A stretch of DNA of 64,000 nucleotides, from contig CM102283.1 of the NCBI GenBank assembly GCA_046563655.1, positions 5,766,001-5,830,000 on the forward strand, read 5' to 3'. The notes under the pieces were generated by a model that had not been told where the DNA came from, did no database searches, and worked only from the letters and a program-made list of their open reading frames with translations. Below, one piece after another: positions 63,945 through 64,000 of the stretch (positions are counted from its first letter, which is position 1; each line of letters starts with the position of its first letter). The DNA is from Yuukianura sp. NJ FZ-2021 (taxonomy: Eukaryota). The position numbers were made by a program, and so were the translations under genes.

Positions 63945-64000
63945 GTAAGATATGCAGCATACTTGCCAGTATTTTGTGAATATGCCAAAAGATTTGCAGT

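Overview
This is eukaryotic genomic DNA: AT-rich, gene-dense, with short GT-AG introns. The gene set (Methuselah-like GPCR, Patched-related, kayak/Fos, Patronin) points to an arthropod with a compact genome, possibly a springtail; the taxon is my inference. Genes in order: two-pore K+ channel (+), C2orf69-like (+), PH-domain adaptor (+), DDX54 (-), a ~57-copy 15-bp minisatellite, SF3B6 (-) head-to-head with eIF3c (+), Methuselah-like GPCR (+), two tandemly duplicated Patched-related genes (+), a seroin-like secreted protein (-), an acidic mucin-like secreted protein (+), flightless-I (-), a Gly-rich secreted peptide (+), ZNF800-like (+), UQCC1 (-), Fos/kayak (+), ATPase inhibitor IF1 (+) and the 5' part of Patronin/CAMSAP (+). 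Three TA-flanked MITEs and several short hairpins are also present. The best candidates for a second look are a well-formed intronic H/ACA snoRNA in eIF3c, a Cys-rich antisense ORF nested in a flightless-I intron, a second ORF nested in the seroin-like gene, a Gly/His-rich peptide with upstream kB-like sites, non-canonical selectivity filters in the K2P channel, and a ~0.7-kb upstream segment missing from one Ptr copy. Product names come from recognised motifs, not database searches. I cannot demonstrate a wholly new system from the sequence alone.
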